From Laetmonice hystrix (taxonomy: Eukaryota), in assembly GCA_965235115.1 (NCBI GenBank), contig OZ249440.1, positions 33,172,001 to 33,236,000 of the forward strand: DNA of 64,000 bases, in the 5' to 3' direction. Position 1 is the stretch's first letter. Each line of letters opens with the position of its first letter. Of the stretch, positions 49,655 to 63,300 are shown piece after piece. The position numbers were made by a program, and so were the translations under genes. Below the pieces are notes generated by a model. That model saw only the letters and a list, made by a program, of their open reading frames with translations, searched no databases and was not told where the DNA came from.

Positions 49655-51430
49655 TATAATTAATTATTTATTTCTCACAACAAACCCCTTTCGGGGTATA
49701 GGAGAGGAACAAACAATATATTTACACAACACCGCAGTGCACAGCACTAGACGCCAGCGCTACTGCAAACCTGAGAAGGTACATACTCATTATTTGACTA
49801 ACAAAATTTGACAGTTTAACCAACCATTTACGGCTACACATGTTGAACAACTCGTCCATTTTCAATGTGTTTGGATGTCTCCAAAAGAATGGCTTAATAA
49901 ATAATCTCCTTTGCTCTGCAAAGAAACAACACTTAAAAAGGTAGTGGTATTCCTCGCCTATTTCATTTAAATTACATAAACAACACAATCATTCCTGCCG
50001 TGGGGTTCCTTGGAATCTACCTATATTTACTGGCAATTTGTGGCTCCCACATCTAAACTTTGTTAAATTGGTTCGGCCTGCGTTATCTAAAAGTATTAAA
50101 TAGTTCTCTAGTTTGTGTTCATGTTTAAAAATTCTGTAACTTCTACATAATCCATTATCAGCAACATCTTCACACCACTTTTGTCTAAAGATATCCTTTA
50201 GTCTTAAGCCTAATGACAACTTCAGCCACTCGTACCCACCAACAGTCTCATCATACCACAAATTGGAATAACCACAATTATTCAATATGGATTTAACACC
50301 AGTCAACCAATTGGACTGATATGTGCCCTTATCCATCATTCCCCGTAGGAGCTTGTAAATAACAAATAATAATTTGCTTTGTTTTTCATGGGCAATCTTG
50401 TACCAAAACATTTTTTGTTGTATAGCGACTGGAAGTTCTGTTATTCCTAGCTCACCGTAAACCATGCAGCTACATGTTGATTTCTTTACCTTTAATACTC
50501 GCTTACAGAACTGGCGATGAAATACTTCTGTTTGTTTATAGCTTTCGCAGCCCCACACCTCACATCCATACAGCAGAATTGGTTTTATTAATCGGTCGAA
50601 TAATTCTAATATAATATCTATTGATAGCCTCAGCACCGTCGCTTTTGACATTAAATTAAATAGAGCACGTTTTGCCTGTGACACTTGCTTGGAGATGGCC
50701 TTATGGAAACGGCCATTATAATTAAACAACACTCCTAGATAAGTATAGTTATCTACAACTTCTATCGGTACAGTTCCTAAAACAAATATAGGACGAAGTC
50801 GAACCTTACCTCTAGAAAAAATTACGATTTTGGTTTTATCCGTATTAATTTGAGTTTCCACCTATTATTATATACAGCGTCTATAGCTCCTTGGAGTTCT
50901 TCAGGTGACTGCCATAACTATAGTATCGTCCGCATACAATAGGATAAACAACCATAGGTACATCACGATACCCCTATCGTCTCCATTGTTTTCCAAATTC
51001 ATCTGAGATTCCCTGTAATCCTTGATAATACTAGCAAACAAAACTTTCAAAATCATTCAGGTATATAGAAAACAACAGTGGTGACAGATTCTCACCCTGT
51101 CGTACCCTGGCTTTACAGCTAAAGAAATCGGACAGTTTATTATGACTACGAAGACACAATTTTGCTTGTTGATACATATTATGGATAACATCCCGTATTT
51201 TACCATTAATGCCCGAGGAGATCAGTTTTGACCATTGGTATGAACGATTAATCAAATCATATGCGTTTTTGTAATCGACGAAACAACAATACACTCTCCC
51301 CCTTTTGTTCAGGTAGATATCTACACTCTCCCCCTTTTGTTCAGGTAGATATCTATAAGAAAATGCAGAACAAAAATATGATCTATGGTGGAGTACGGAA
51401 ACCAGCCTGCTCTTCGCCTATGCCTATGGT
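49655..51430 (-). mobile_element. 5'-truncated LINE (RT plus C-terminal Cys/His domain; RTE-X/CR1-like, clade uncertain)
   Basis: FVDYKNAYD, VRQGENLSPLLF, ILLYADD (about 50925-50945), YTYLG, LLYGCEVWG, SHKLPVNIGR..CCLC..EEYHYLFKC. AT-rich tail with AATAAA; several stops and frameshifts. Confidence 0.9.
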
Positions 51431-52399
51431 AGCCACTTGGACATCTCTGCCTTACCACCCGTATATATATTGTAACGTCACAGTGACATATTCGAGGCTG
51501 GCGCCGGGCAACATCCGCGACTGCAGCGCCACCTACCGTTTTTTACTTTGCGGAGACGTCAAACGTGAAAATCCTGCAGATTATCATCAGTAAGTATCAT
51601 GATACTATATGTTATTAATAAATAATGTTAAAATAAGTTAGATTAACATTCATTTACTGTATATTTTTACATTAATATGAGGTATGTATGATTTGATGGG
51701 AGGATGGATTGGACTTAGCTGACGGTATTCAACAAGGTCAAATCAAGGATTACCGTCCCCTGACACTTGACAGTCACAAGGCTAGACATTTTAGAATGGG
51801 GATTGGGGGGGGGGGGGGGTCAGGGGATTGGGGGGGGGGGGGTCAGGGGAGGGGGGGGTCAGGGGAGGGGGGGTCAGGGGTGACCAGGATATAGACCAGT
51901 CTGTACTTTAGGCCTAACCCCCCCCCCCCCCCTGCTAGCTATGGCCCTGCCTGAAAACCATGCAGGCCGGACTGTAGAACCTTGTGAGTGGGGGGGGGGG
52001 GGGGGGGGGCATCTAGGAACAAACTCCAAGGTAGTTAGCTGAAATTTTATTTTTAAATTCTGGGGTATTTCATGGGGAGCTGCCTTCCCCTCCCCCCCCC
52101 CCCCCAACTATGGCCCTGCCATGCAAGTTACAAAGCAAGAAGTGGGCCATAATTGTTTCAATCTTTTTTTAAGACATTAATGCGTATACATTTTAAACAT
52201 CTGAAAATTTTTTAAGAAAGCACATTAAGTTACAGTCTGACCTTAACTGGACCAAAGTCTCCCTCACATCCAAGGAACAACTTGTACTTTAAATTCTAGA
52301 TCCATAATTAATTTAATGTTTCAGTGTCTGATCTCTAGGAGTATCACATTTACCTTGAAGTTATCAGCCACATTCATACAAGAACAAAAATCACCCCAG

Positions 52400-52575
52400 C
52401 AGGCCCGTAGCCAAGGGGGGGGGGCGTGGGGTGCCGGCCCCCATTTCACCTCTGTGCCCCCCATTTTGCAACTTATAATTCGAAAAATGTAAGCTTTGAT
52501 TTGAAAATGTTTCGACTGGGGCACCCCCACGAATATGGAGTGCCCCCATATTTATAAAATACGGCTATGGGGCTG
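52400..52575. mobile_element. hAT-type MITE, 176 bp
   Basis: TIRs CAGGCCCGTAGCC versus CAGCCCCATAGCC, with an 8-bp TSD CACCCCAG (52392-52399, 52576-52583). Confidence 0.85.
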
Positions 52576-52680
52576 CACCCCAGTTTATGGCACTAATAAT
52601 TACTAATACAAATAATAACTATTCAAAACTATGAAGGGAAGGTTATTTGCTATTAATTAGTGTTTCTTTATTATGTTTCA

Positions 52681-55629
52681 GGAGCTCCAGGCATGATGAA
52701 GACAGTAAGAGACTTTGACACATACCTACAAAGTTTTAGAACAGATAGAGATGAAAATGATGTCCTGTGTGTGCCTGCTATTCGAAAGGGACTTGTATAC
52801 TATTTATACACCCTGAATCAGAGAAGAGACTACACATCTACCACAGAAAGACTGATTCGAATTGCAACTCTTAGTGGTGTTGCGGTTGAAGAGACCATTA
52901 TCAACAAGGATGCTCTGAAGCGTTCAATTGCAAGACTTGTTGAGGCTGTGTTGAAAAAGAAGAAAAATCTTTCTAGGGATGGAAGTGCAGTTGTAGCCTT
53001 ACTGAATGAGGATTAGACCTTTCCCGTCACTCAGTTTGCCCCATCTTCCGCTGTTCAGGATGTCCCAATCAGCTTGTGCGATGCACCTTCTTGTTCCAAA
53101 GAACCGTCTGCATCACCCTCAAAAGACAGAAAAAGACTGTTACCTCGCCATGATGTCAATACACCTTCCCCAAAGAAGTTTAAGACTGATTGTTCCAAGT
53201 GTGTGAATAGACGGCAAAAGGTTCAGAAATTGGTGTCCCTGAATCGAAAGCGCAGACTCAAGCTGCAAGCAACCCAGGTAACATCACATGAGGCAAAGAG
53301 GTTGAGACAAGCCTTGAATCAAAAAGTTCCAATAGAAGCAAAACTTCACTCTGACAGAAAAGAGCTCAAATTGGCAAGCAACAAAACAAAGCATGAACTT
53401 CAGCATTTGAAAAATGAACTGGAGCAGATCAAACAGGAGGGCACCAGAGTGTACACTTCAAGGGCCACACCAAAGTGGAAAAAATCGAGGAAAAGGAAGC
53501 ACAAGTGTTTGCATGCTGGTAAATTAGCTGAACTCCAGAAAGAAAATAAAGTACTCAAAAGAAGTCGTAATCAATTAGAATTAGAGAATGAAAGCCTGAA
53601 AACAATTATCCAGGACACAGAAGATCCTAAATTGAGGGAGAACAAGACCATTCAAGCAAGAAAAGACAAGAAAACTTTCAGTTCGGCATACAGAAAAGCA
53701 GCTTATTACTGTTTAATAAATCAGGTCCCTGTTGAAACAACTGGTAGTGTCATTCACACTATTGTTAAAGAACTAACAGGCCTTGAAATTGATGCAAAGG
53801 CTGATGCAACAACTGTAAGTCAATTTGCATATGAACTCGGAACACTTAATGATATTCAAGTCAGTGAAACCATCATCAAAGAAGAGAATCTAACTGTGGC
53901 ATGGGATGCTACCTCATTGAGGAGTGAACATATCAATGAGGTCCATATCATGTTTTCTGAAGACCCTCCTAAAGGTTTGGAACTACAAATCAACACTCTT
54001 GCTGGTGGGACTGCAGCAGATTATGTCCAACATATCACTGAAGCGCTACATGATGTGAGCACGACATATGCCCTCTTCCACGACACTGATGATGTTGTTC
54101 TGCAGAAGACATTTGTGTCAAAGTTAAAGAACACAGTGTCCGACCGAGTTTCTGTGAATCACAAAGTTAGGGTTCAACTTGAGGAAGATATGGATATTCA
54201 GCTCCTGGAGTTGAAATGTAATGTGCACCCCCTTGATGGTATTGCACATGAAGCCAGGGGCACTTTGAAGAAGCTAGAGGAACCATACAGCATCAAGAGC
54301 AATTTGTTTGGCAAAGAATGTTGTGCTGCTAATCTGATCTACTCCTTGTCAAAAATGCGCTACAAACAGGGTAAAGGTGACCCTAAGGGGTTCAAACAAT
54401 TCCTGAAGAAGCAAAACATTAAATCCAAGATCATTGTACGGTATGTGGGGAATAGGATGCACGTCCTGTTTCACCTCGCTGGTATATTTTTCTCTTTAAG
54501 AGAAAAACTGTTAGAGTATCTCCAAGTTTACTGCAACAACAACACATCGTTACGCACAGCTCTGATCAGTGATATCTCCAATGCATCAATTCTCCTGCAT
54601 CTGAGAGCTCTAGGACTCATTGGAAAGTTATTAACAGGGCCTTGGATGGTGGTCTTCTACGGTAACAAAGAAGGAAAATCAGCACTTGAGATGGTGCCAC
54701 TGATGAAATTGGCAGTAGCAAATTTGAAAGGTATTGAAGCAAAACCATTGAGTGTCCTTGTTGCCAAATGTGATGTGTTTGGGCAAGCCCTCAAGTCCGA
54801 TGAAGATGAAGTATTGGCCAGCCTTCAGGCTCCCGTCGACCCCTCCCATCTCAAGGAACTGGAAGACGTTGTTCTTCAGTTGATTAAGGGTTCTATCAAA
54901 GTGCTTGAACGTCAACTTGGACCATACCTGAATGGAGAGCTGTCATCGCCATCCCCAGAAATGTTGGAACAAGCAAAGTCGGCTCCAGTCCACAATATGT
55001 TTAGCGAACAAGTGTTGGGAATGACTGACCGCCAGTCTGCACGTGCACCAAATGCTACTATGGGCTTCATTGATGGCAAGGTAAAGGCTTTAAAAAATAA
55101 AACGCTGGACTGGTTGACTGCCAAAGATCCACAAGAACAGAAACGCTTGATTTCATTTGCCATCAAAAGAGCAAGGCAAGTACGCACCCTCCGAAAGAAG
55201 CGTGAAGAACACTTAGAGAAGGTCTATCAAGGAAGACAAAAGGAAAAACACCAGAAAAAAAGATCAAACTTCCCGTAATAAAATTGAAAAGAAAATTGAG
55301 AACAATAGTTTTGGGTTCTGCAAAACTTGATGATGAGTTATTAAACTCAATGTGTGTGCCACAAGACAAGCAACAGATTGTAAGATCTGTACTTACAGAC
55401 AACAAGTGGCTTGTCAAATCAGTTAATTGACCATTACTGGTTTGATAACGCTGAGAATGTACTGTACCATGGTAGAATAATGGACCTGAAAACCCCAAAG
55501 AAAAAAACCCCTACATTGACTGTTGCGTACTGGAGAGATCTGGAAATGGAGGATGACAGTGAGGACTACAAGATGCCTGTGTCACAGATCCTAACAGATT
55601 ACATCACTGGTGACCTGATCTTTGTGTAG
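52681..55629 (+). pseudogene. Large unclassified DDE transposase-like gene with a CxxH motif, frameshifted
   Basis: 734-aa ORF with a coiled-coil N-terminus, then VAWDATS, VSDRVSVN, KCNVHPLD, VGNRMHVLF, ALGLIGKLLTGPW and HNMFSEQ. Flanking ORFs 52660-53016 and 55411-55629 look like frameshifted continuations. AG acceptor at about 52680. Confidence 0.7.
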
Positions 55630-57859
55630 TTGTGTACTGAGGAATCTTTTAATATGAAGGTCAGTTTTGCCTCTATAAAATTTTAGTTGCATTCCTACCA
55701 TCGCCGTAGTCGCCGTAGGTCACCATTGGAACATCCCCCCCCCAAAAAAAAAATGTCTCGGACTCAGATGACAACTTGACATTGTTTCCACAAAAGCCTA
55801 CATTTTGGTAAAAAAATTTCTTTCTTAAATATGAGTAATCAAATAATTGCTTTTCATTTGGAATTTCAAAAATTATAATTTGTTGTCGTCTGAGTTTCGT
55901 CCCACCAAAGTTAGGGGGCTCCTGCCGTCTGCTGGGGACTCATCGGCAAGACACAGACCATATACTTGAGCCCAACTCGCAACTGTAACAGTCCTAGACT
56001 AGTCTTATATTTAAATATTAGTCTTATCCAAAGAAAAAAAGCACCATGAAAACAAACCATTTAAAATTAGAGATAAACACATTTGTAGCTAATTTTCTTC
56101 TGTGATCTACAATGTTGAAGAGCCCAGTGGTCATAATGTTTGGAACCTGTACTCAAAGTCCACAAGAAAGGTGACGTCTAAATCAACAGATCATGCTTGA
56201 TAGCTATCTGTGACACTGAGAGATTCCATGGATGCACATGGGTTCCAGAGTATATTTCAATGTTTTACATCGATTCAATGATTATTAATTATCACTAGCA
56301 TTTTGATTATTTCACCATGGCGGCTTTCCTAAAGAAATATTATGATATATCGTATCCATTTCGGTAAAATGTGACTGATCAATATATCGATCATTTTAAC
56401 CAATATGGCCCTAATTTCTGGCCAAAACAGTTCTGTGTTACTATTATATAATATTAAGTAAAGAGATTCAAGATATGGATTTCTAAGATTTTTACAATTA
56501 ATGTGATTTTAACTGGAAGGTTTGATAAAGCGAACCGATCGCATTTTTTTATCGCTGCCATAACGGAATCTAAAATGGCTGCCAGTCATAGAAAAAAGAA
56601 AACAATTCAAAATGGCCACCAGTCATAGAAAAGTTTTCACAATTGGGGATAAAATGATTCATTGAACAACTCTGCATATGTGATATTGATTTTCTCACTT
56701 GAATCTTTAATTTGAATGACATTTTGAGGTATTGACTATTCCCTTTTTACATCAATCGGTCTTCAATTTGGCCCGTAATGACCTTGACCTTGCAATTATC
56801 AAGGTCACATGACCTTGAAAAATTTGTAAGATTCAGGCAGCAACAAAAGATATATATGTCCACATGAGGCCCAAAAAACTTCAAAGTGTAGGGCAACTAT
56901 GATCTAGACGACCTATGGCCTTCTAAAGTAGATAGACGTTTCCGCCTGTGAAAATGCTATTACATGATATAAAACAGCTACTTTTGTATCCGTTCACTTC
57001 CATGCTCTTGTCTAGCCCTTTGAAGAGGTGTGTCCTTATGTGGATTTTAGGGCAACCCATTTCTAAAAGGCTCACAAAACTGAAATTAAGTGCACTACAT
57101 AACCCAAGAACAGCTGATTATAAAAGGTTTTAAACCCTGTCTAACCCTGCCAACCCCTGTCCAGGGGTGCCTCAAATTAACGAAAAAGTGATGTCACACT
57201 CTAGCTATTATATGCAGTCCTCTCGGCTTCGAGCAATTTGGGAGGTTGAAAATTAAAACCTTCATATCTCCTTACTTTTTTAACCAATTGTTCTAAAATT
57301 AGGGGCAAAAGGTGCGCTTTTCGACGTTTTTTTATGTGTTTGTAACGTACTGGTGGCGTTAAACCCAAAGGGTTTTTTTCAGGTCCCCACTCCACACTCC
57401 ACACTCCACACAAGGCCCACTCAAAACCCCAAAAAGGGTTTGTACTTTCAACATTTAAGAATTTAAACTTTAAACTATTATCAGCCTGTTGGGCTATTAA
57501 TTTCACATAAGTTACATTAATTCAGGCTGTTAATCATACAGAAATTATCGTGAGAAATGAAAAAACATCACTTAGGGTCGGTCAGTCCACATAAGTTCCG
57601 AGATCAGAAAATAGCCAGAAAAGAGCTCAAGAGCCAAAAGGTCAAGGTGCAAACTGACTGTGCCACATGATTCAACATTTTGCAATCTCCGTTTACTACC
57701 TAATATCACCCTAACCTCAATATTGAGGGAGTTATTTATATTTAACCCTACAGGGTTAAGTCCACATAAGGCCCAAATTCAGGGTTGGACCAAAAAATTC
57801 AGGTTCCACCGGAAGTGACCGTTTCTAAGGCCCCCCAAAGGGTTAGGGGGAAATCTTAG

Positions 57860-58740
57860 GGTGCCAATCGATTCTCCATATAGGATTTCCTATTAGTGCC
57901 TAATATAAACCTAAGGCCTCACACCAATATTAAGGGTCATTCAGGCACTTAGGGTTAATCCACGTAAGGCCCGGAATTCAGAGTAACCCTGACCCCGCCA
58001 TGGAGGTATCATTTGACCTTGAACCCGACACTGAAGGTCTAATCTGTGTGTGCCAAACGATTCTCAATATATGATTTCCTATTAGTGTTTAGTACAAACC
58101 TAAGGCCTACGACCAATATTAAGGGTACTTGGGGTTAATAGTGTAGAAGTTGGCCACCAGGTGGCGAATGGGTCATGGACGAAAATTTCTAAGTCCCACA
58201 GGCATTTTGTACTGGGAATACATAAAGTGCAATATCTCGACAAATAATCAACGTAGAGACCTGGGATTTGAACGAGAGTCCGTTTCAAAGGCATGGCTTT
58301 AATTTTATGAAAATAGAAAAGTTCACCATTTTTGACCGCCAAATTACCCCGCGCCGGTAACCCCCCCAAAAAATACTTACCCTTTTTATAAAATTCTAAT
58401 ATTTTTTTGGCTCTTGCCCCTACATTTTTTCTAAATTCTCTAAAAGTTACAACTCCCTACATTGACCCATTTCGAATTTATTTGAATTTATTGAAGTTGT
58501 AACACCCATTTGACCTTGAACGATAGCGCCAAGGACAAATGTAATCATGCGAAAGTGTTGCCCATATATGATTTCCTATTAAACTTTAATACAATCCTAA
58601 GCTTTCACACCAATATTAAATGAGTTATTAAGGATTGTTTTTACAATCATGATGTAATATCCAATTAATCATGATGTAACACCAATACTATCACCTTGAC
58701 TTTGACAACCACAACCTACAACCACACAACCACACCCAGA
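57860..58740. repeat. Degenerate HINE-like repeats related to the 146-bp satellite
   Basis: ATATGATTTCCTATTAG..AAACCTAAGGCCT..ACCAATATTAAG at about 57878, 58068 and 58566 shares the ATATGA(C/T)TTCCTATT core with the 39-41 kb satellite. Followed by an ACAACC microsatellite. Confidence 0.55.
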
Positions 58741-58929
58741 ACCTACACGTCTGTCCCAAGAGATATGTAAGCCATTGTTATCCACAAGAAAACTAGCACA
58801 AATATGCATAAGCTACTCAAGAACAACTAGGAATAGACACTTTCTCTGGGTTTCAGGTAAAAAGGTGAATTAGGAGCAAAAAAAATGAGCACGTGCTAAT
58901 AATGTCGAATGGCTTAAGCTAGGCTCAAG

Positions 58930-60166
58930 GCCATACCCATGCCATGCCCAGGCCTACACCTATGCCACGTCCAAGGGACCGTTCTGACCCCTTAAGCTAA
59001 GGCTAGGCCCCTACCAGCCTTGTACAGGCCCAGTCCTAGGCTCCAGGTCCCAGGCCCAGGCCCAGGCCCAGGCCATGTCCAGGCCTACACCTATGCCACG
59101 TCCAAGGCACTGTTCAGACCCCCTAAGCTAAGGCTAGGCCCCTACCAGCCTTGTACAGGCCGAGTCCTAGGTCCCAGGCCCAGGCCCAGGCCCAGGCCCA
59201 GGCCCAGGCCCAGTCCTACACCTATGGCACGTCCAAGGCACCGTTCAGACCACCTAAGCTAAGGCTCGGCCCCTACCAGCCTTGTACAGGCCCAGTCCTA
59301 GGCCCCAGGTCCCAGGCCAAAGCCCAGGCCCAGGCCCAGGCCCAGGCCCAGGCCCAGGCCCAGGCCATGCCTAGGCCTACACCTATGCCACGTCCAAGGC
59401 ACCGTTCAGACCCCTAGGCTAAGGCTAGGCCCCTACCAGCCTTGTAAAGGCCCAGTCCTAGGCCCCAGGCCCAGGCCTAGGTCCCAGGCCCAGGTCCTAG
59501 GCCCAGGCCCAGGCCCAGGCCAGGCCCAGTCCTACACCTATGGCACGTCCAAGGCACCGTTCAGACCACCTAAGCTAAGGCTCGGCCCCTACCAGCCTTG
59601 TACAGGCCCAGTCCTAGGCCCCAGGTCCCAGGCCAAGGCCCAGGCCCAGGCCAAGGCCCAGGCCCAGGCCCAGGCCATGCCTAGGCCTACACCTATGCCA
59701 CGTCCAAGGCACCGTTCAGACCCCCTAGGATAAGGCTAGGCCCCTACCAGCCTTGTAAAGGCCCAGTCCTAGGCCCCAGGCCCAGGCCCAGGCCCAGGCC
59801 CAGGCCATGACTAGGCCTACACCTATGCCACGTCCAAGGCACCGTTCAGACCCCTAGGCTAAGGCTAGGCCTCAACCAGCCTTGTACATGCCCAGGCCTA
59901 GGCCCCAGGTCCCAGGCCCAGGTCCTAGGCCCAGGCCAGGCCCAGGCCCAGGCCCAGGCCTAGGCCTACACCTATGCCACGTCCAAGGCACCGTTCAGAC
60001 CCCCTAGGCTAAGGCTACGCCCCTACCAGCCTTGTACGGGCCCAGGCCTAGGCCCCAGGGCCCAGGCCCAGGCCCAGGCCCAGGCCCAGGCCATGCCTAG
60101 GCCTACACCTATGCCACGTCCAAGGCACCGTTCAGACCCCCTAAGCTAAGGCTAGGCCCCTACCAG
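58930..60166. repeat. Compound satellite: 9 units of about 130-160 bp, each a constant core plus a variable (AGGCCC)n tract
   Basis: The CACGTCCAAGG anchor recurs at about 58966, 59097, 59228, 59389, 59545, 59699, 59829, 59978 and 60115. Confidence 0.95.
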
Positions 60167-60325
60167 CTGCAGAGGCATTGGATAAGGAAATGGTAAATAT
60201 GATAATTATGTTTTCGATTACTATTTTCTTATTGGATATTATTGCTCCAGATGAAAGAAAAGCTTTAATAGTGATTGATGACTGACATTAATGTATTTAA
60301 GGTCATTGCTTCTTTCACACTGCAG

Positions 60326-63300
60326 CTACTAGAGAAGTTCACCAAGTGGAGGTGTGTGGTACGCGGCGTGGATGCCAATACTGCGCGATACCAAACAAAC
60401 ATGATAAAGACCATCTTGGCCCACAGCATGAGGCCTTTGGACCAAATGGTGGAACTCATGGACGACCTGGAAAACAAGTGGTTGGCCAATGCTTTGGTGA
60501 AGGCCAGGTCGACGGACATCAAAGGTACTTTTTAATTGCTTTACTTATACTGGCGAGAAGGTCAGCAGTTTGCCTCACTTTCCATATACGTCCAGTTCAC
60601 ACAATTTATGGTAGAAAAAGTAACAGTCGGAAAGTTTTCACCAACAGGCAGTGTCAAAACAGTCAAAAACTATGCGTGGCTGCTCCTGCAGTTTGTAAAG
60701 TATCTCGGGATGAAAACATCCATCCCCCAGACGGAAAAGGCGAAGGACATTATTGGTGTGTGGCAGGCAAACTTAACAAAGGAGCTGGGCAAAGAGGTTG
60801 CTGCACTGAAAGAGCGACAGCAAGGTTTGTTAAATAACAGAGCCTATACTTTTAAAAATTTTGCTGACGTTTGCTGACTTACAATACATATCATTGCAGG
60901 AGAATAATACATAGGGTTAGTTATAATACATATCATTGCAGGAGAAATTTTGACGCCAACCATGGTACAAAATTACAACCAGTCGGAGAGGGCCAGGATG
61001 GCAGTGAAGGCTTTGGGGGCCTTGGCGGAGAATATGCATGCCATGTCGGCTGGCTCCTATTGCCGTGTGCGCAGTTTTTTGATGGTTGTCATGTGCATTG
61101 ACAATGCCAACCGGGCTGGGATTTTGCGGACGCTTACAAATGGTGGTGTAGACAACGCCACTGAAGCCAGCAATGGCGTCTTCGTCATGACTGCAAGTAT
61201 ACTATTTAGTGTAATATTGCTTTGTAAAAAGAAGAACTATACACCGAGTCTGACCTTTTTCTCTATGTTAATGTGTTGATACAGTGTGCACACGGACCAC
61301 AAAACCGTCCGGACCAGTGGGGCAGCAAAGATTGGGCTGTCGCCGACACTGCGGGAACACCTGCGGCTATTTGTCAATAGCAAGAAGAAGATGGGGCTGC
61401 CATCCAAGCAGCAGGACCTTCTCTTTGTGACCAACAAGGGGCTGCCTCTCTCCAGCAGCAACGTTGCCACAGCGGTGGCAACTGACTTGATGGCGGCCGG
61501 GACACCTCCAACAGGATCAGGCATTCCGTCGTCTCTATCGTTAGTATATTTAAGTGCTGAACCCACCAAGGCGATTCCCCTTGCGACGGCCATGCGGTTT
61601 TTGATTTAATGGTGGAAGTTCACTCTGAAATTTTTCCTGGCTGGCCTTCTCCGTTTCAGGAAACCTTACTTATATACTTACTTATGTACTTACAGACTTA
61701 CTTACACTCTTACACTCTTACTTATATACTTTATTTTCAGATGACAAATCTCCTGGAGAATGAGAGCGAGGGCCTGGCAGATTTCATGTGTCATTCGACA
61801 CAAATACAGAAGCAGACGTACGACAGCAGCCGCAAGACCAACAAAGCAGCCAGGATGTCCCATATCGTGGCTAAAGTCATGGGCGGCGAAATCTTGACGA
61901 ACGAAGACGTGATCAACGCTGATTGTGAAATTGCTGCCTTTGACATGAAGGCAGCACGGCAAAACCTGCCACCCATCCTGCAGCCACAACCACAACTTGT
62001 CATTATGCAGCAGCCCCAGCTGACCTTGCCAGCCGCCGTGGTCCCTGACCAGCTGGCCCTGCCTGAATTTTCAGGGGAGGGGGTCGATAATGGTGATGAC
62101 TATGCAAATGAAATTTATGAAAGTAAAGATCATTTTCCAAGTATGACTACCTCTCATTATATTTCTGTCATTTACCTAATGATTGTTATCGATTCATGTC
62201 GCAAATTTCTATTTCAGCTGAAGACTCTACGTATCCTCTCGCCAGGTAACTGTAGTAGGCATTAAAAATATGTCATTATTTTTCTTAAAATGCTATGTCA
62301 AAATGTCTTTATTTCTCAAAATGTGGATATTTATTGTTGAATCATTCCTGTTCTTTAATAGAACTTCGGAGCTCATAGACGTGGAGGTGGCGGAGGAGGC
62401 CCTGTGCAGGTCTAAACTGACAACTGGTATAAACTGACAACAGTTGTCAGTTTAGATCCTGGTCTAAACTGACAAATAATGATTACTAGCCGCTGAAATG
62501 GTAATCACTAATTTGAACTGATTCAGATGATGACAGTATCTAACGATAATTGCTCTCTGTGAAAGGCACTATAGAAATAAAGGTTCCACTTATGATTTTC
62601 TCTAATAATATTGTTCTTACAGGTATTCCAAGTATTTTGTTAGATGCGACACACAAAACAACAAAATGTGCACTGCCAATATTTTTGGTTGATGTTAGAA
62701 GCAATGCCGGCTACATTCCTGTCATGGAGAATCTATTCATATTAGTGATTAACATTCCAGCACTATAGTGATCATTATTTGTCAGTTTAGACCTAGATCT
62801 AAACTGACAACTGTTGTCAGTTTAAAGCAGTTGTCAGTTAAGACCTGCACAGGCCCCCCCTCAAGTGGAGCCCTTCCACCCCCTGAGGGTGAGTATCAGT
62901 TAAATCAGACTTATACAGTGTCTCAATGTGGTGTCAGTGACAGAAACAAATATATTTAATAAGCACCCCTTTTGTGTATTATAGCAGCAAAGGTGTTGCT
63001 GAAACGCCTCCCACCAGCTGTTGTGGCCACAGGACACGTTGCAGTGAAGGGCACTCTGTTCCGAGGTGAGTACAAAACCAACCTGAATGACTACAAGGAC
63101 TTCACTTGCCATGTCGTCTATGTTGCAATAACGTCATGATGTCTTTCTTCATTACTTCAGAAGAAAATATATCAAGGGCGCTCGGGATACTGGCCGACGC
63201 GGGCATATTAAAACAGATGTCCGAGTCTGCCAAAGGTTATGACGTGCCTGGTCTACGGAGCGCCATGGCTATATATTTTGGTGGCCTATCAAAGGTTGAT

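Noticed and set aside
58930..60166. Possible CRISPR array or Pro/Arg-rich protein gene
   Set aside because: The variable parts are (AGGCCC)n tracts, and every frame hits stops within one or two units.
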